From: Gemmatimonadales bacterium
GTDB taxonomy: Bacteria; Gemmatimonadota; Gemmatimonadetes; Gemmatimonadales; GWC2-71-9
Length of the DNA: 64,000 nt
Direction of reading: 5' to 3'
NCBI GenBank assembly: GCA_036006525.1
Contig: DASYPP010000109.1
Span: 29,518 to 93,517 of the forward strand
Below, piece by piece: positions 8,483 through 16,869 of the stretch; within the stretch, counting starts at the first letter, position 1; every line of letters begins with the position of its first letter. The notes under the pieces were generated by a model. The model saw only the letters and a program-made list of their open reading frames with translations, was not told the origin of the DNA and did no database searches. The translations under genes were made by a program, and so were the position numbers.

Positions 8483-9285
8483 ATTATGCGGTGATTTACC
8501 GGTCCGTGGCCTTTGCCGAGTGGAGCAGCCGTTTCAATGGCACGATGGACATAGCCGAGGCCATCTTCCACTGCCTGGTCCAGGCGTCGGCCCAGGGCCA
8601 GTCCGGCGGTGATCGCGGCGGACAGGGTGCAGCCGGTGCCGTGAGTGCTGCCGGAATTGATGCGCCGGTGGGTGAAACGGCGAGCCATGCCGGGGAGGAC
8701 CAGCAGGTCGACGATGCTGTCTCCGTCGAGGTGGCCGCCTTTGATCAGCGCCGCCCCGGCGCCCATCTCCAGCAGGCGGCGTCCGGCCGCTTCCATCTGA
8801 TCCGGATCGCGCACCCTGCTGCCGGTCAGCACCTCGGCTTCGTCCAGGTTCGGCGTCACCAGGGCGGCGAGTGGGAGCAGATCCTTCTGGAGCGCGGACT
8901 CCGCGTCGGTTGCCAGCAGGCGGTCGCCCGCCGTCGCCACCATGACCGGGTCGAGCACGTAGTGGCGCCAATCGCGCGCCCGGATCTCCCGTGCCACGAG
9001 CCGGATCAGGGCCGCGGTCGCCAGCATCCCGGTCTTGAGGGCGGCGGGCGGCAGGTCCTCGGCGACGGCAGCAATCTGGGCCGAAACGATGTCGTCGGGT
9101 ACCAGGTGGACGGCGCGGACGCCGACGGTATTCTGCGCCGTGATTGCCACGATCACGCTGGTGCCGTGCACGCCGAACTGATGAAAGGTCTTGAGATCGG
9201 CCTGGATGCCGGCGCCGCCGCCGGAATCGGACCCGGCGATCGTCAGGGCGATGGGGGGAGGAATGAGATTCGTAGCCATCTTCAC
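8476..9285 (-). CDS. thiD: Hydroxymethylpyrimidine/phosphomethylpyrimidine kinase
   Basis: [33 protein letters not shown]...[10 protein letters not shown]...HGTGCTLS. Confidence 0.9.
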   Translation of the reverse strand: MKMATNLIPPPIALTIAGSDSGGGAGIQADLKTFHQFGVHGTSVIVAITAQNTVGVRAVHLVPDDIVSAQIAAVAEDLPPAALKTGMLATAALIRLVAREIRARDWRHYVLDPVMVATAGDRLLATDAESALQKDLLPLAALVTPNLDEAEVLTGSRVRDPDQMEAAGRRLLEMGAGAALIKGGHLDGDSIVDLLVLPGMARRFTHRRINSGSTHGTGCTLSAAITAGLALGRRLDQAVEDGLGYVHRAIETAAPLGKGHGPVNHRIIP

Positions 9286-9324
9286 TCAAGGTAAAACGAT
9301 GGGCTTCCCGAGGCAGCGGCGCGC

Positions 9325-10086
9325 ATGGCCAGTTCGCTCCTGACGGTCGTTCGCGATCTGCAGCGCCCGCGAGGGCGGGAGCGGCGCGAACTGACTCTCG
9401 CTGAAGGCGTGCGCCTGGTCGAAGAGGCCGTGGGGCGAGGTATCGAGATCACCGGGGCAGTGGTCTCTCCCGCGCTGGAAAAAGGAGCCCGGGGGGTTGC
9501 CCTCCTCGCGTCCCTGGCCCGGAATGCCATCCGGGTCGAGCGGGTGAGTGACAAGGACCTGGCGACGGTGGCGGAGACCGAACATCCCCAGGGCGTGATC
9601 GCCATCGTGCGTCCCCGGCAGTGGGCGTTCAAGGATCTCGACGTATCCCGAAAACCTGCCGTGCTGGTACTGGATGGGATCCAGGATCCGGGCAACGTCG
9701 GCACGCTGCTTCGTACCGCGCAGGGCCTGGGCGCCGCCGGCGTGATCGCCCTGCCGGGCACCGTCGAGCTGGCCAATCCCAAAGTGGTGCGCGGCAGCAT
9801 GGGCGCCCTGTTCTCGCTCCCCGCAGTGGTGGCCACCGCGGACGAGGTCCTGGAATGGTGCAAGGCGCGCAAATGCCAGCTGCTCATCGCCGCCGCCGAT
9901 GGAGAGTCGCTGGGCAAATCGCCGTTGCCGCGGCCGGCCGCCATCGTGCTGGGTAACGAAGGGGCAGGGGTGTCTCCCGGACTCCGGGCGGCCGGGCGCG
10001 CGGTGGCGATTCCGCTTGCCGCCGGGACCGAATCACTCAACGTGGCCGTCGCCGGAGGCATTCTCCTTTATGAGGTCCTCAAGTGA
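9325..10086 (+). CDS. SpoU/TrmH-family RNA 2'-O-methyltransferase
   Basis: [51 protein letters not shown]. Confidence 0.8.
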   Translation: MASSLLTVVRDLQRPRGRERRELTLAEGVRLVEEAVGRGIEITGAVVSPALEKGARGVALLASLARNAIRVERVSDKDLATVAETEHPQGVIAIVRPRQWAFKDLDVSRKPAVLVLDGIQDPGNVGTLLRTAQGLGAAGVIALPGTVELANPKVVRGSMGALFSLPAVVATADEVLEWCKARKCQLLIAAADGESLGKSPLPRPAAIVLGNEGAGVSPGLRAAGRAVAIPLAAGTESLNVAVAGGILLYEVLK

Positions 10087-10856
10087 GCGATGAAACCCTG
10101 GTGGTGGCCTTCGCCGGCCTGGTCGGCGCCATCATCGGCAGCTTTCTCAACGTCTGCATTCTCCGGTTGCCGTCCAACCAGTCGGTCGTCCGGCCGCCCT
10201 CGCGCTGCCCCAAGTGCGGCCAGGGGGTGCGCTGGTACGACAACATCCCGGTGCTCTCCTGGTTGCTGTTGCGGGGCCGGTGTCGCCATTGCCAAAACCC
10301 CATTTCGATCCAGTATCCCCTGATCGAGCTGGCGACCGCCCTGATCTGGGCGGCATGCGCCTACCACTATGGCTATGAGCTCGATGCGATCAGGGCGGCG
10401 GTGTTCTTCACCCTGCTGCTCGGTATCGCCATGACCGATGCCCGGGAATACATCATTCCGGACGAATTCTCGCTGGGTGGCCTGGTGCTAGGCCTGGGGC
10501 TGAGCCTGATCCACGGATTGCCCGGGCTTTATCCCGCGCTGCTGGGTGCAGCGGTGGGTTTCGTGACCCTCTGGATCATCGCGGAACTCGGCAAGCGGGC
10601 GTTCAAGAAGGAGGCGATGGGTGGCGGCGACATCAAGATGATGGCGATGGTCGGCGCCTTTATCGGTTGGCAGGGCGTGTTCCTCACGATCTTCCTGGGC
10701 TCGGTGGTCGGCACGCTCATTTTCGGACCAATGGCGCTCATCGGCCGGAAGAAGGAAGTCCCCTTCGGGATATTCCTGGCGCTGGGGGCGGTGGTGACAT
10801 TCCTCTGGGGCGGCTGGCTGCTCGATTGGTATCGCCACTATTTGAGTGGCACCTGA
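10083..10856 (+). CDS. pilD: Prepilin peptidase (A24 family)
   Basis: CPKCGQGVRWYDNIPVLSWLLLRGRCRHCQNPISIQYPLIE, GGGDIKMMAMVG. GTGA overlap with the upstream stop. Confidence 0.85.
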   Translation: MSDETLVVAFAGLVGAIIGSFLNVCILRLPSNQSVVRPPSRCPKCGQGVRWYDNIPVLSWLLLRGRCRHCQNPISIQYPLIELATALIWAACAYHYGYELDAIRAAVFFTLLLGIAMTDAREYIIPDEFSLGGLVLGLGLSLIHGLPGLYPALLGAAVGFVTLWIIAELGKRAFKKEAMGGGDIKMMAMVGAFIGWQGVFLTIFLGSVVGTLIFGPMALIGRKKEVPFGIFLALGAVVTFLWGGWLLDWYRHYLSGT

Positions 10857-11027
10857 GGGATCAGGCTGAGGGCGAGGAGAACCGCACACCACAGAGATGC
10901 AGAGGTACCCAGAGGTTGCCGCAGAGGAAAGCGACAGGAATTGTTCTTCTTTGCGACTTCGCGCCTTTGGGTCAGGCAGTTGCAGGCCTCTACCCTCCGC
11001 TTTGTTCGCAAGGACCTCAGGAGGCGG

Positions 11028-12230
11028 ATGAAGAACCGTAATGCAGTTCCGATGGCCTGCCTTGTTCTCACACTTGCCTGCCGCGGCGAGGCCCGCGCTC
11101 CCGAGCGCGATGACCTCAGGTCCCTGGTGGACAGTCTCCAGCCATCGGTGGAACGGGCCGTCGGGCTCAAGTTCAAGGCGCCGATCACGGTGGCGACCCG
11201 GAACCGCGACCAGTTGCGCACGTTTCTTCTCGAAAAAGTCGACGAGGAGCTGCCGCCCGCGCGGTTGCACGGCACCGAATACGCGTATCGGCTGCTGGGA
11301 CTCCTGCCCGACACCCTGGACCTGGAGAAGTTCCTGGTGGCTCTGCTCACCGAGCAGGTCGCCGGGTTCTACGATCCGCGAACCGCAACGTTGTATGGCA
11401 TGGAAGGCTACGATCGCGCCAAGCTGACGCTGATCATGGCCCACGAGATGGTGCACGCGCTGCAACACCAGTACCTGCCGCTCGATTCCATTCTTCAGCC
11501 GCAGGCCGATGACGACCGGCAGGTCGCCGCCCAGGCCATCCTCGAGGGCCAGGCCACCATCGCGTCGGTCAAGGCGCTATTGCCGGAGGGGATGACAATT
11601 CCGCCCGAGCTATGGAGCCAGTCCCGCGACATGCTGGCGGACGCCCAGTCTTCCATGCCGCTCTTCGCCAACGCCCCACTGGTGATCCGGGAGGAGCTGC
11701 TCTTCCCGTATCTGGCCGGCGCGGACTTCATGATGTGGTGGTCCCAGTCGGCCCACAGCGACACTCTGCCGTACGGCCCGCTGATGCCGCGCTCCAGCGA
11801 GCAAATCCTCCAGCCGGAACGATACTCCGCCGGCGATGAACCCATGGCACTGCGCTTCGTCGGCCAGGACGATGCGCTGTTCGAAAACACCCTGGGTGAC
11901 CTCACCATCCGAATCCTGGCCGCCCAGCTCGCCGGGGCGCCGGAGATTGCAGCGAAACTCACCCTGGGATGGCGGGGCGATCGCTTTCGGGTCTACGACA
12001 CGCCGTCAGGCCCCGCGTTGATATGGGTGATCGCCTGGGATGACGAAACCGCTGCCGACCGCTTTGAACGCGGGACCGGCGCCGCGCTCGTTGCGCGTTC
12101 CCGGCCCGACTATCGAAACGACCTGGTGAGATCCGTGGTGGGGGGAGTGCGGGCGACGCGCATCGTGCTTGCTCCTGTCGGCTGGATGAGGTGGCTGAAC
12201 CTGCCGCAGGTGATGAGTACTGGGTACTGA
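11028..12230 (+). CDS. Putative zinc-metalloprotease lipoprotein (HExxH), function unknown
   Basis: I moved the start to the ATG at 11028, which has AGGAGG 4 nt upstream. MKNRNAVPMACLVLTLAC is a lipobox. HEMVHALQH motif. The TGA stop lies inside the GTACTGN array. Confidence 0.6.
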   Translation: MKNRNAVPMACLVLTLACRGEARAPERDDLRSLVDSLQPSVERAVGLKFKAPITVATRNRDQLRTFLLEKVDEELPPARLHGTEYAYRLLGLLPDTLDLEKFLVALLTEQVAGFYDPRTATLYGMEGYDRAKLTLIMAHEMVHALQHQYLPLDSILQPQADDDRQVAAQAILEGQATIASVKALLPEGMTIPPELWSQSRDMLADAQSSMPLFANAPLVIREELLFPYLAGADFMMWWSQSAHSDTLPYGPLMPRSSEQILQPERYSAGDEPMALRFVGQDDALFENTLGDLTIRILAAQLAGAPEIAAKLTLGWRGDRFRVYDTPSGPALIWVIAWDDETAADRFERGTGAALVARSRPDYRNDLVRSVVGGVRATRIVLAPVGWMRWLNLPQVMSTGY

Positions 12231-12305
12231 GTACTGCGTACTGAATTCCGGAGATTGAAACACCCCAGATCAGCACCCAGCACCCAGTACCCAGTCCCAG
12301 CACCT
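12217..12305. repeat. Inverted pair of heptamer arrays: GTACTGN x4 (12217-12244), 26-nt spacer, CAGYNCC x5 (12271-12305)
   Basis: gtactgg gtactga gtactgc gtactga ... cagcacc cagcacc cagtacc cagtccc cagcacc. The upstream gene stop (TGA at 12228-12230) is inside unit 2. Confidence 0.9.
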
Positions 12306-12668
12306 TTTGTATGGCACGAAGAAGCCGCCGCGATGCACAACGAGCCGCTGCCAGGCCGGTGTGGCGCGATTGGAGACAATGCGTGCCATAGGACTCGGGA
12401 TAGCACAGGTCTTCACAGAGGCGGTAACCACAAACGCGCACGACATAGTCAGGAAAACGCAGCCATCGCTGCCCCCCTCCCCATAGCTGTTGCTGTTTCA
12501 GTCATTGCCGGTCTCCGTGCAGCCTTCGTGTACTCCGTGACTCCGTGGTCAATTCCTGGGAAGAGCTCTCCCCCTTGGGAGCTATCCTCGCTCCCCAGCA
12601 CGGCTTACCTCATCTCGACGGGTCCCGCGAAGCCGCCCGCAAGACCAAGGCTAACCCCTATCCCCGAC

Positions 12669-12698
12669 TTGATTTACCCCCACCCCTAAGGGTATTAT
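12669..12698 (+). promoter_or_regulatory. Candidate sigma70-like promoter (TTGATT-18-TATTAT) just upstream of ffh
   Basis: ttgatt at 12669-12674 and tattat at 12693-12698. The ffh ATG at 12708 is only about 10 nt after the -10 box and has no Shine-Dalgarno, so the transcript would be leaderless or near-leaderless. Confidence 0.4.
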
Positions 12699-12707
12699 GG
12701 TCGGCTT

Positions 12708-14042
12708 ATGTTTGACGAGCTTTCTTCCAAGCTCAACGCCGCGCTGCAGAAGCTCACCGGTCGGGGTGTCCTCAACGAGGAAGCCGTCACCGAAGGGCTC
12801 AGAGAAATACGCCGGGTCCTGCTCGAAGCCGATGTCAGCTTCGACCTGACCCGCGAGTTTCTGGAGCGGGTCCGAGAGCAAGCGGTCGGTGTCGCGGCGC
12901 TGAAGGCGGTGCGTCCGGGACAGCAGTTGGTCAAGATCGTCTATGACGAGCTGGTCAAGCTGCTGGGTGAGAAACAGGCCCCGATCGCCTACGCGACGGT
13001 GCCGCCGACCATCATCCTGGTCGTGGGGCTGCAAGGTTCCGGCAAGACGACTACCGCCGGCAAGCTCGCTAAGCGGCTGAAGCTGGAACAAAAGGCGCCC
13101 TTTTTGGTGGCCGCCGACGTGTATCGCCCCGCCGCGGTGGACCAGCTGGTCACCCTGGCGAAGCAGGTGGATGTCGGGGTGCACGCCGAGCCGGGCGTCA
13201 CCGACGTTCCGGGGATCGTCAAGCGGGCCCTGGTGGCCGCGGAAAAGGCCCGGGCGCGCACCGTGATCGTGGATACCGCCGGGCGGCTCCAGATCGACGA
13301 CGCCATGATGGCGGAGTTGCAGGGGCTCAAGGCCGCGATCAAGCCGCACGAGATCCTGCTGGTGGCGGACGGCATGACCGGCCAGGACGCGGTGCGGATC
13401 GCGTCCGGTTTCCACGAGGCGCTCGGCATCACCGGCGTGGTGCTGACCAAGATGGACGGCGACGCGCGGGGTGGTGCGGCCCTCTCCATCTACGGAATAA
13501 CCAAAGCGCCGATCAAGTACATCGGGGTGGGGGAAAAGCTCGATGCGCTGGAGCCCTTCCATCCCGAGCGGATGGCCGGGCGGATCCTCCAGCAGGGCGA
13601 CGTGCTCTCGCTGGTCGAGAAGGCCCAGTCCACCGTGGACGCGGCCGAGGCCGAGAAGCTGGCCAAGAAGGCCACCTCTAAGAAGGGAATGGATCTGGGC
13701 GATTTTCTTACCGCCATGAAACAGATCCAGAAAATGGGGCCGCTCAAGAACGTGCTGGGCATGCTGCCGGGGGTGAATCCCGCCATGCTGTCGGCCGCCA
13801 AGGTCGACGACAAGAAGATCAAGCACGTGGAAGCCATCGTGCTGTCGATGACCGCCCGGGAACGCACCGAACCGGACCTGATCAACGGGTCGCGCCGGAT
13901 GCGCATCGCGAAAGGCTCCGGGCGCTCGGTGCAGGAAGTGAATCAGCTGCTGGCGCAGTTCAAGCAGATGCAGAAAATGATGAAGGGCGGCGGCAAGGGC
14001 ATTCGTTCGATGATGGGCAAAGGATTTCCTGGTATGGGATAA
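12708..14042 (+). CDS. ffh: Signal recognition particle protein
   Basis: [32 protein letters not shown], and a Met-rich M-domain tail. Confidence 0.95.
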   Translation: MFDELSSKLNAALQKLTGRGVLNEEAVTEGLREIRRVLLEADVSFDLTREFLERVREQAVGVAALKAVRPGQQLVKIVYDELVKLLGEKQAPIAYATVPPTIILVVGLQGSGKTTTAGKLAKRLKLEQKAPFLVAADVYRPAAVDQLVTLAKQVDVGVHAEPGVTDVPGIVKRALVAAEKARARTVIVDTAGRLQIDDAMMAELQGLKAAIKPHEILLVADGMTGQDAVRIASGFHEALGITGVVLTKMDGDARGGAALSIYGITKAPIKYIGVGEKLDALEPFHPERMAGRILQQGDVLSLVEKAQSTVDAAEAEKLAKKATSKKGMDLGDFLTAMKQIQKMGPLKNVLGMLPGVNPAMLSAAKVDDKKIKHVEAIVLSMTARERTEPDLINGSRRMRIAKGSGRSVQEVNQLLAQFKQMQKMMKGGGKGIRSMMGKGFPGMG

Positions 14043-14048
14043 GGGCGG

Positions 14049-14089
14049 GTCACTCGGACCTGTCACTTGTCATCTGTCACTTGTCACTA
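14049..14089. repeat. Single-arm heptamer array, GTCAYYT x4, plus one isolated copy
   Basis: gtcactc (14049-14055), then gtcactt gtcatct gtcactt gtcacta (14062-14089). Lies between ffh and rpsP. Confidence 0.85.
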
Positions 14090-14101
14090 TTTGGATGGTC
14101 T

Positions 14102-14350
14102 ATGGCAACTCGTATTCGCCTGCGTCGCGTGGGCCGCAAGGGATTGGCGCTGTACCGGATCGTGATCGCGGACAAGGAAGCCCCCCGCGACGGGCGGTTC
14201 ATTGAAACGATCGGCACCTACCAGCCCAAGGCGGACAAGAACCCGGTCACGGTGGACGCCGAGAAGGCGCGCGCCTGGATGGCCAAGGGCGCTACGCCGA
14301 CGGAGACGGTCGCTTCGCTTCTGAAGAAGGCTGGGGTCTTTGCGAAATAG
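14102..14350 (+). CDS. rpsP: 30S ribosomal protein S16
   Basis: [36 protein letters not shown] prefer the ATG at 14102 over the track TTG at 14081. Confidence 0.95.
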   Translation: MATRIRLRRVGRKGLALYRIVIADKEAPRDGRFIETIGTYQPKADKNPVTVDAEKARAWMAKGATPTETVASLLKKAGVFAK

Positions 14351-14438
14351 CTTATAGCATATGGCTTATGGCAACTGCCGCTAAGGGGGTCTGCCTCCGT
14401 CGCGGAACTGCCATATGCTATACGCCATACGTCTTATG
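14350..14438. repeat. Inverted pair of heptamer arrays, CATATGG-type family
   Basis: Left arm: gcttata gcatatg gcttatg gcaactg (14350-14377). Right arm: ccatatg ctatacg ccatacg tcttatg (14411-14438). There is a 13-nt perfect complement (tatagcatatggc / gccatatgctata). The rpsP stop abuts the left arm, and the rimM ATG is in the last right-arm unit. Confidence 0.9.
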
Positions 14439-14963
14439 AGTGAGACCCGAATCCTCATTGTGGGGCGGCTTCGGAAGCCGCATGGTCTCAAAGGCGGAGT
14501 CACGGTGTTTCCGCTCACCGATGATCCTGAAAAGGTCTTCGCTCCCGGACGGGAGCTGATCACCCTGGATCTGGGCGGCAAAGAAGTCGGGCCTCCGGTG
14601 GTGGTTGAATGGAGCCAGCAGTATCACCGGGAATGGCTGATGAAATTCCGGGGGCGGGACAGCCGGGACAGCCTGGAAGGGCTCCGCGATATCATGCTGG
14701 CTTCCCGGGCGGAAGACCTGACGCCCCTGGGACCCGATGAGGTCTACCTCCACGACCTTGCGGGCTTCGCGGTCGCCCTGGAAGACGAGACCCCGCTGGG
14801 ACTGGTCTCCGACCTGTACGACTTGCCCGGCGGGCTGATGCTGGAGGTGCAGGGACCCAAACGGGAATTCCTGCTGCCGTACAAGAAGGAGTTCATTCGC
14901 CAGGTAGACCGGGAGAATCGCCGGCTGGTGGTCGCGCTACCTGAGGGGTTGTTGGACCTTTAG
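14436..14963 (+). CDS. rimM: 16S rRNA processing protein RimM
   Basis: MSETRILIVGRLRKPHGLKGGVTVFPLTDDPE. The ATG at 14436 lies in the last unit of a repeat arm. Confidence 0.9.
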   Translation: MSETRILIVGRLRKPHGLKGGVTVFPLTDDPEKVFAPGRELITLDLGGKEVGPPVVVEWSQQYHREWLMKFRGRDSRDSLEGLRDIMLASRAEDLTPLGPDEVYLHDLAGFAVALEDETPLGLVSDLYDLPGGLMLEVQGPKREFLLPYKKEFIRQVDRENRRLVVALPEGLLDL

Positions 14964-14965
14964 AA

Positions 14966-15050
14966 GCCTATCGCGTATCGCTTATCGCGAGTCCTTGAGA
15001 GATTCGACCGCTCGAAGGCGCTGCCATATGCCATATGCCATATGCTGCTG
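14966..15050. repeat. Inverted pair of heptamer arrays: GCNTATC x4, then GCCATAT x3 plus one degenerate unit
   Basis: gcctatc gcgtatc gcttatc gcgagtc (14966-14993) ... gccatat gccatat gccatat gctgctg (15023-15050). The arms pair at 5 of 7 positions per unit. The trmD ATG (15042) is inside the right arm. Confidence 0.85.
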
Positions 15051-15728
15051 ATAAATGTGGTGACGTTGTTTCCGGAAGTGTTCGAGCCGTACCTGGCCAC
15101 CAGTATTCCGGGGCGGGCGCGCGCGGCGAACAAGGTGAGTTACCGGCTGGTGCAGCTCCGGGACTTCGCCCACGACAAGCACCAGACCGTGGACGACTAT
15201 GCCTACGGCGGCGGCGCCGGCATGGTGCTCAAGCCGGAACCGTTTTTCGAGGCGGTGGAATCGTTCAGTCCGCGGGGACCCATCGTGCTGCTGTCGGCGC
15301 GGGGACGACCTTTCCGCCACGATGACGCGGTGCGGCTGTCGCTGGAGCCGGAGCTCACCCTGCTCTGCGGGCACTACAAAGACGTGGACCAGCGGGTGGC
15401 CGAGGGCCTGGCGACCGAAGAGATCGCGGTGGGAGACATGGTCCTGTCGGGTGGCGAGCCGGCGGCGCTCTGCGTCATCGATGCGGTGGTGCGACTGCTC
15501 CCCGGCGCCCTGGGCGACCACGAGTCGGCCAGCAGTGATTCGCACTACGAGGGATTGTTGAGCCCGCCCAGCTACACCCGGCCGCCGGAGTTTCGCGGCC
15601 TGGCGGTGCCCGAGGTGCTGCGTTCCGGCAATCACGCCGACATCGAAGCCTGGCGCGCGGCGGAAGCGGAACGGATGACCCGGGAACGGCGCCCTGATTT
15701 GTGGGCTGAATACGAGAGAGACGGTTAG
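15042..15728 (+). CDS. trmD: tRNA (guanine37-N1)-methyltransferase
   Basis: INVVTLFPEVFE...DDYAYGGGAGMVLKPEP...LLCGHYKDVDQRV. The ATG lies inside the GCCATAT array. Confidence 0.95.
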   Translation: MLLINVVTLFPEVFEPYLATSIPGRARAANKVSYRLVQLRDFAHDKHQTVDDYAYGGGAGMVLKPEPFFEAVESFSPRGPIVLLSARGRPFRHDDAVRLSLEPELTLLCGHYKDVDQRVAEGLATEEIAVGDMVLSGGEPAALCVIDAVVRLLPGALGDHESASSDSHYEGLLSPPSYTRPPEFRGLAVPEVLRSGNHADIEAWRAAEAERMTRERRPDLWAEYERDG

Positions 15729-15729
15729 A

Positions 15730-15808
15730 GCGTACGGTTATAGCATATGGCAGTGTGCTGATTTGAGATCCCAACAATCACACTGCCATACGCCATACGC
15801 CATAAGCA
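15730..15808. repeat. Inverted pair of heptamer arrays, CATATGG-type family
   Basis: gcgtacggttatagcatatggcagtg (15730-15755) ... cactgcc atacgcc atacgcc ataagca (15781-15808). cactgccata is an exact complement of tatggcagtg. Starts 2 nt after the trmD stop. Confidence 0.9.
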
Positions 15809-15835
15809 GTGCACAAAACTTCAGGAGTCTTGAAA

Positions 15836-16183
15836 ATGGAAAGACTGGCGGCAGTGGCCCAGGAGGGCTTGCGGACGGACATCCCGGCATTCAATCCGGG
15901 CGACACCATCAAGGTGATGGTCCGGGTCCGGGAAGGTGACAAGGAGCGGCTCCAGGCCTTTGAAGGTCTCTGCATCGCCAAGCGGGGTGGCGGTATCAGC
16001 GAGATGTTCACGGTGCGGAAGATGTCGGCCGGTGTCGGGGTGGAGCGGATCTTCCCGCTGCACAGCCCGACCGTCGCCTCCATCGACGTGGTCCGCCGGG
16101 GCCGGGTGCGTCGGGCCAAGCTCTACTATCTGCGCGCGGTGACCGGCAAAGCCGGGCGCATCAAGGAGCGGAAAGAGAGCTGA
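15836..16183 (+). CDS. rplS: 50S ribosomal protein L19
   Basis: [40 protein letters not shown] Shine-Dalgarno about 9 nt upstream of the ATG at 15836. Confidence 0.95.
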   Translation: MERLAAVAQEGLRTDIPAFNPGDTIKVMVRVREGDKERLQAFEGLCIAKRGGGISEMFTVRKMSAGVGVERIFPLHSPTVASIDVVRRGRVRRAKLYYLRAVTGKAGRIKERKES

Positions 16184-16186
16184 GCC

Positions 16187-16843
16187 GTGGCCTCCCCATG
16201 CCCTTCGCTGTCCCGCGAAGCGGCGCTCTGGGCGGAGGCGCACCTCCTCATCGGGGTGGATGAAGTCGGCCGCGGTCCCCTGGCAGGTCCAGTGGTGGCC
16301 GCGGCCGTCGTTTTTCCCCCCCGGGTCAAGCGGCTGAACGGGCTCCGCGACAGCAAGATGCTGCCCCAGAAGAAACGGGAGAAACTCGCCCTCAAGGTAC
16401 GGGAGCGGGCCCTCTGCTTCGCGCTGGGCGCGGCATCTTCCCGCGAGATCGACCGCTTCAACATCCGGGTGGCCAGCGCCATCGCGATGCGGCGCGCCGT
16501 GTGCCGGGTGCTGGGCTACCTGGGCGCCGCCGGCATCTCGGCCCGGCCCGGCGACAGCGTCCACATCATCATCGACGGCCTGCCGCTGCCGGAGCTGGGG
16601 TATCCCCACCAGGCGCTGATCGATGGCGATGCCCATTGCGCCTCGATCGCCGCCGCGGCGGTGGTCGCGAAAACGGTGCGCGATCTCCTGATGCGCCGCC
16701 TGCACCTGCGGCATCCTGGCTATGGGTGGGATACCAATGTCGGATACGCCACCGAGTTTCATTGCCTGGCACTCGATCAGCGAGGCCCGACTCGGCATCA
16801 CCGCCTGACCTTCGAGCCGATTTCCCAGCTCAAACTGCTCTAG
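16187..16843 (+). CDS. rnhB: Ribonuclease HII
   Basis: GVDEVGRGPLAGPVVAAAVV...DSKML...IIDG. Confidence 0.9.
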   Translation: MASPCPSLSREAALWAEAHLLIGVDEVGRGPLAGPVVAAAVVFPPRVKRLNGLRDSKMLPQKKREKLALKVRERALCFALGAASSREIDRFNIRVASAIAMRRAVCRVLGYLGAAGISARPGDSVHIIIDGLPLPELGYPHQALIDGDAHCASIAAAAVVAKTVRDLLMRRLHLRHPGYGWDTNVGYATEFHCLALDQRGPTRHHRLTFEPISQLKLL

Positions 16844-16869
16844 TTGTTTGACCTCAACCGGCCCAATCG

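Noticed and set aside
9286-9324. A TPP riboswitch upstream of thiD
   Set aside because: Only 39 nt separate thiD from the divergent gene, which is too short for a THI-box element.
10891-10927. A CAGAGG-containing quasi-repeat (acagaga, gcagagg, ccagagg, gcagagg) upstream of the HExxH lipoprotein gene
   Set aside because: The spacing is irregular (8-12 nt), and the putative complementary segment (cctctaccctcc at about 10987) pairs poorly. It is not convincingly a member of the array class.
10488-11468. A 326-aa minus-strand ORF
   Set aside because: It spans the pilD 3' end, the intergenic gap and the lipoprotein gene 5' end on the wrong strand, and has no motifs.
12306-12707. SRP RNA (ffs), RNase P RNA or tmRNA next to ffh
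   Set aside because: I could not find the conserved SRP domain IV motif, the RNase P GAGGAAAGUCC box or tmRNA features on either strand. The region remains unassigned.
12651-14066. A 471-aa minus-strand ORF
   Set aside because: It is antisense to ffh, has no motifs, and is a shadow ORF.
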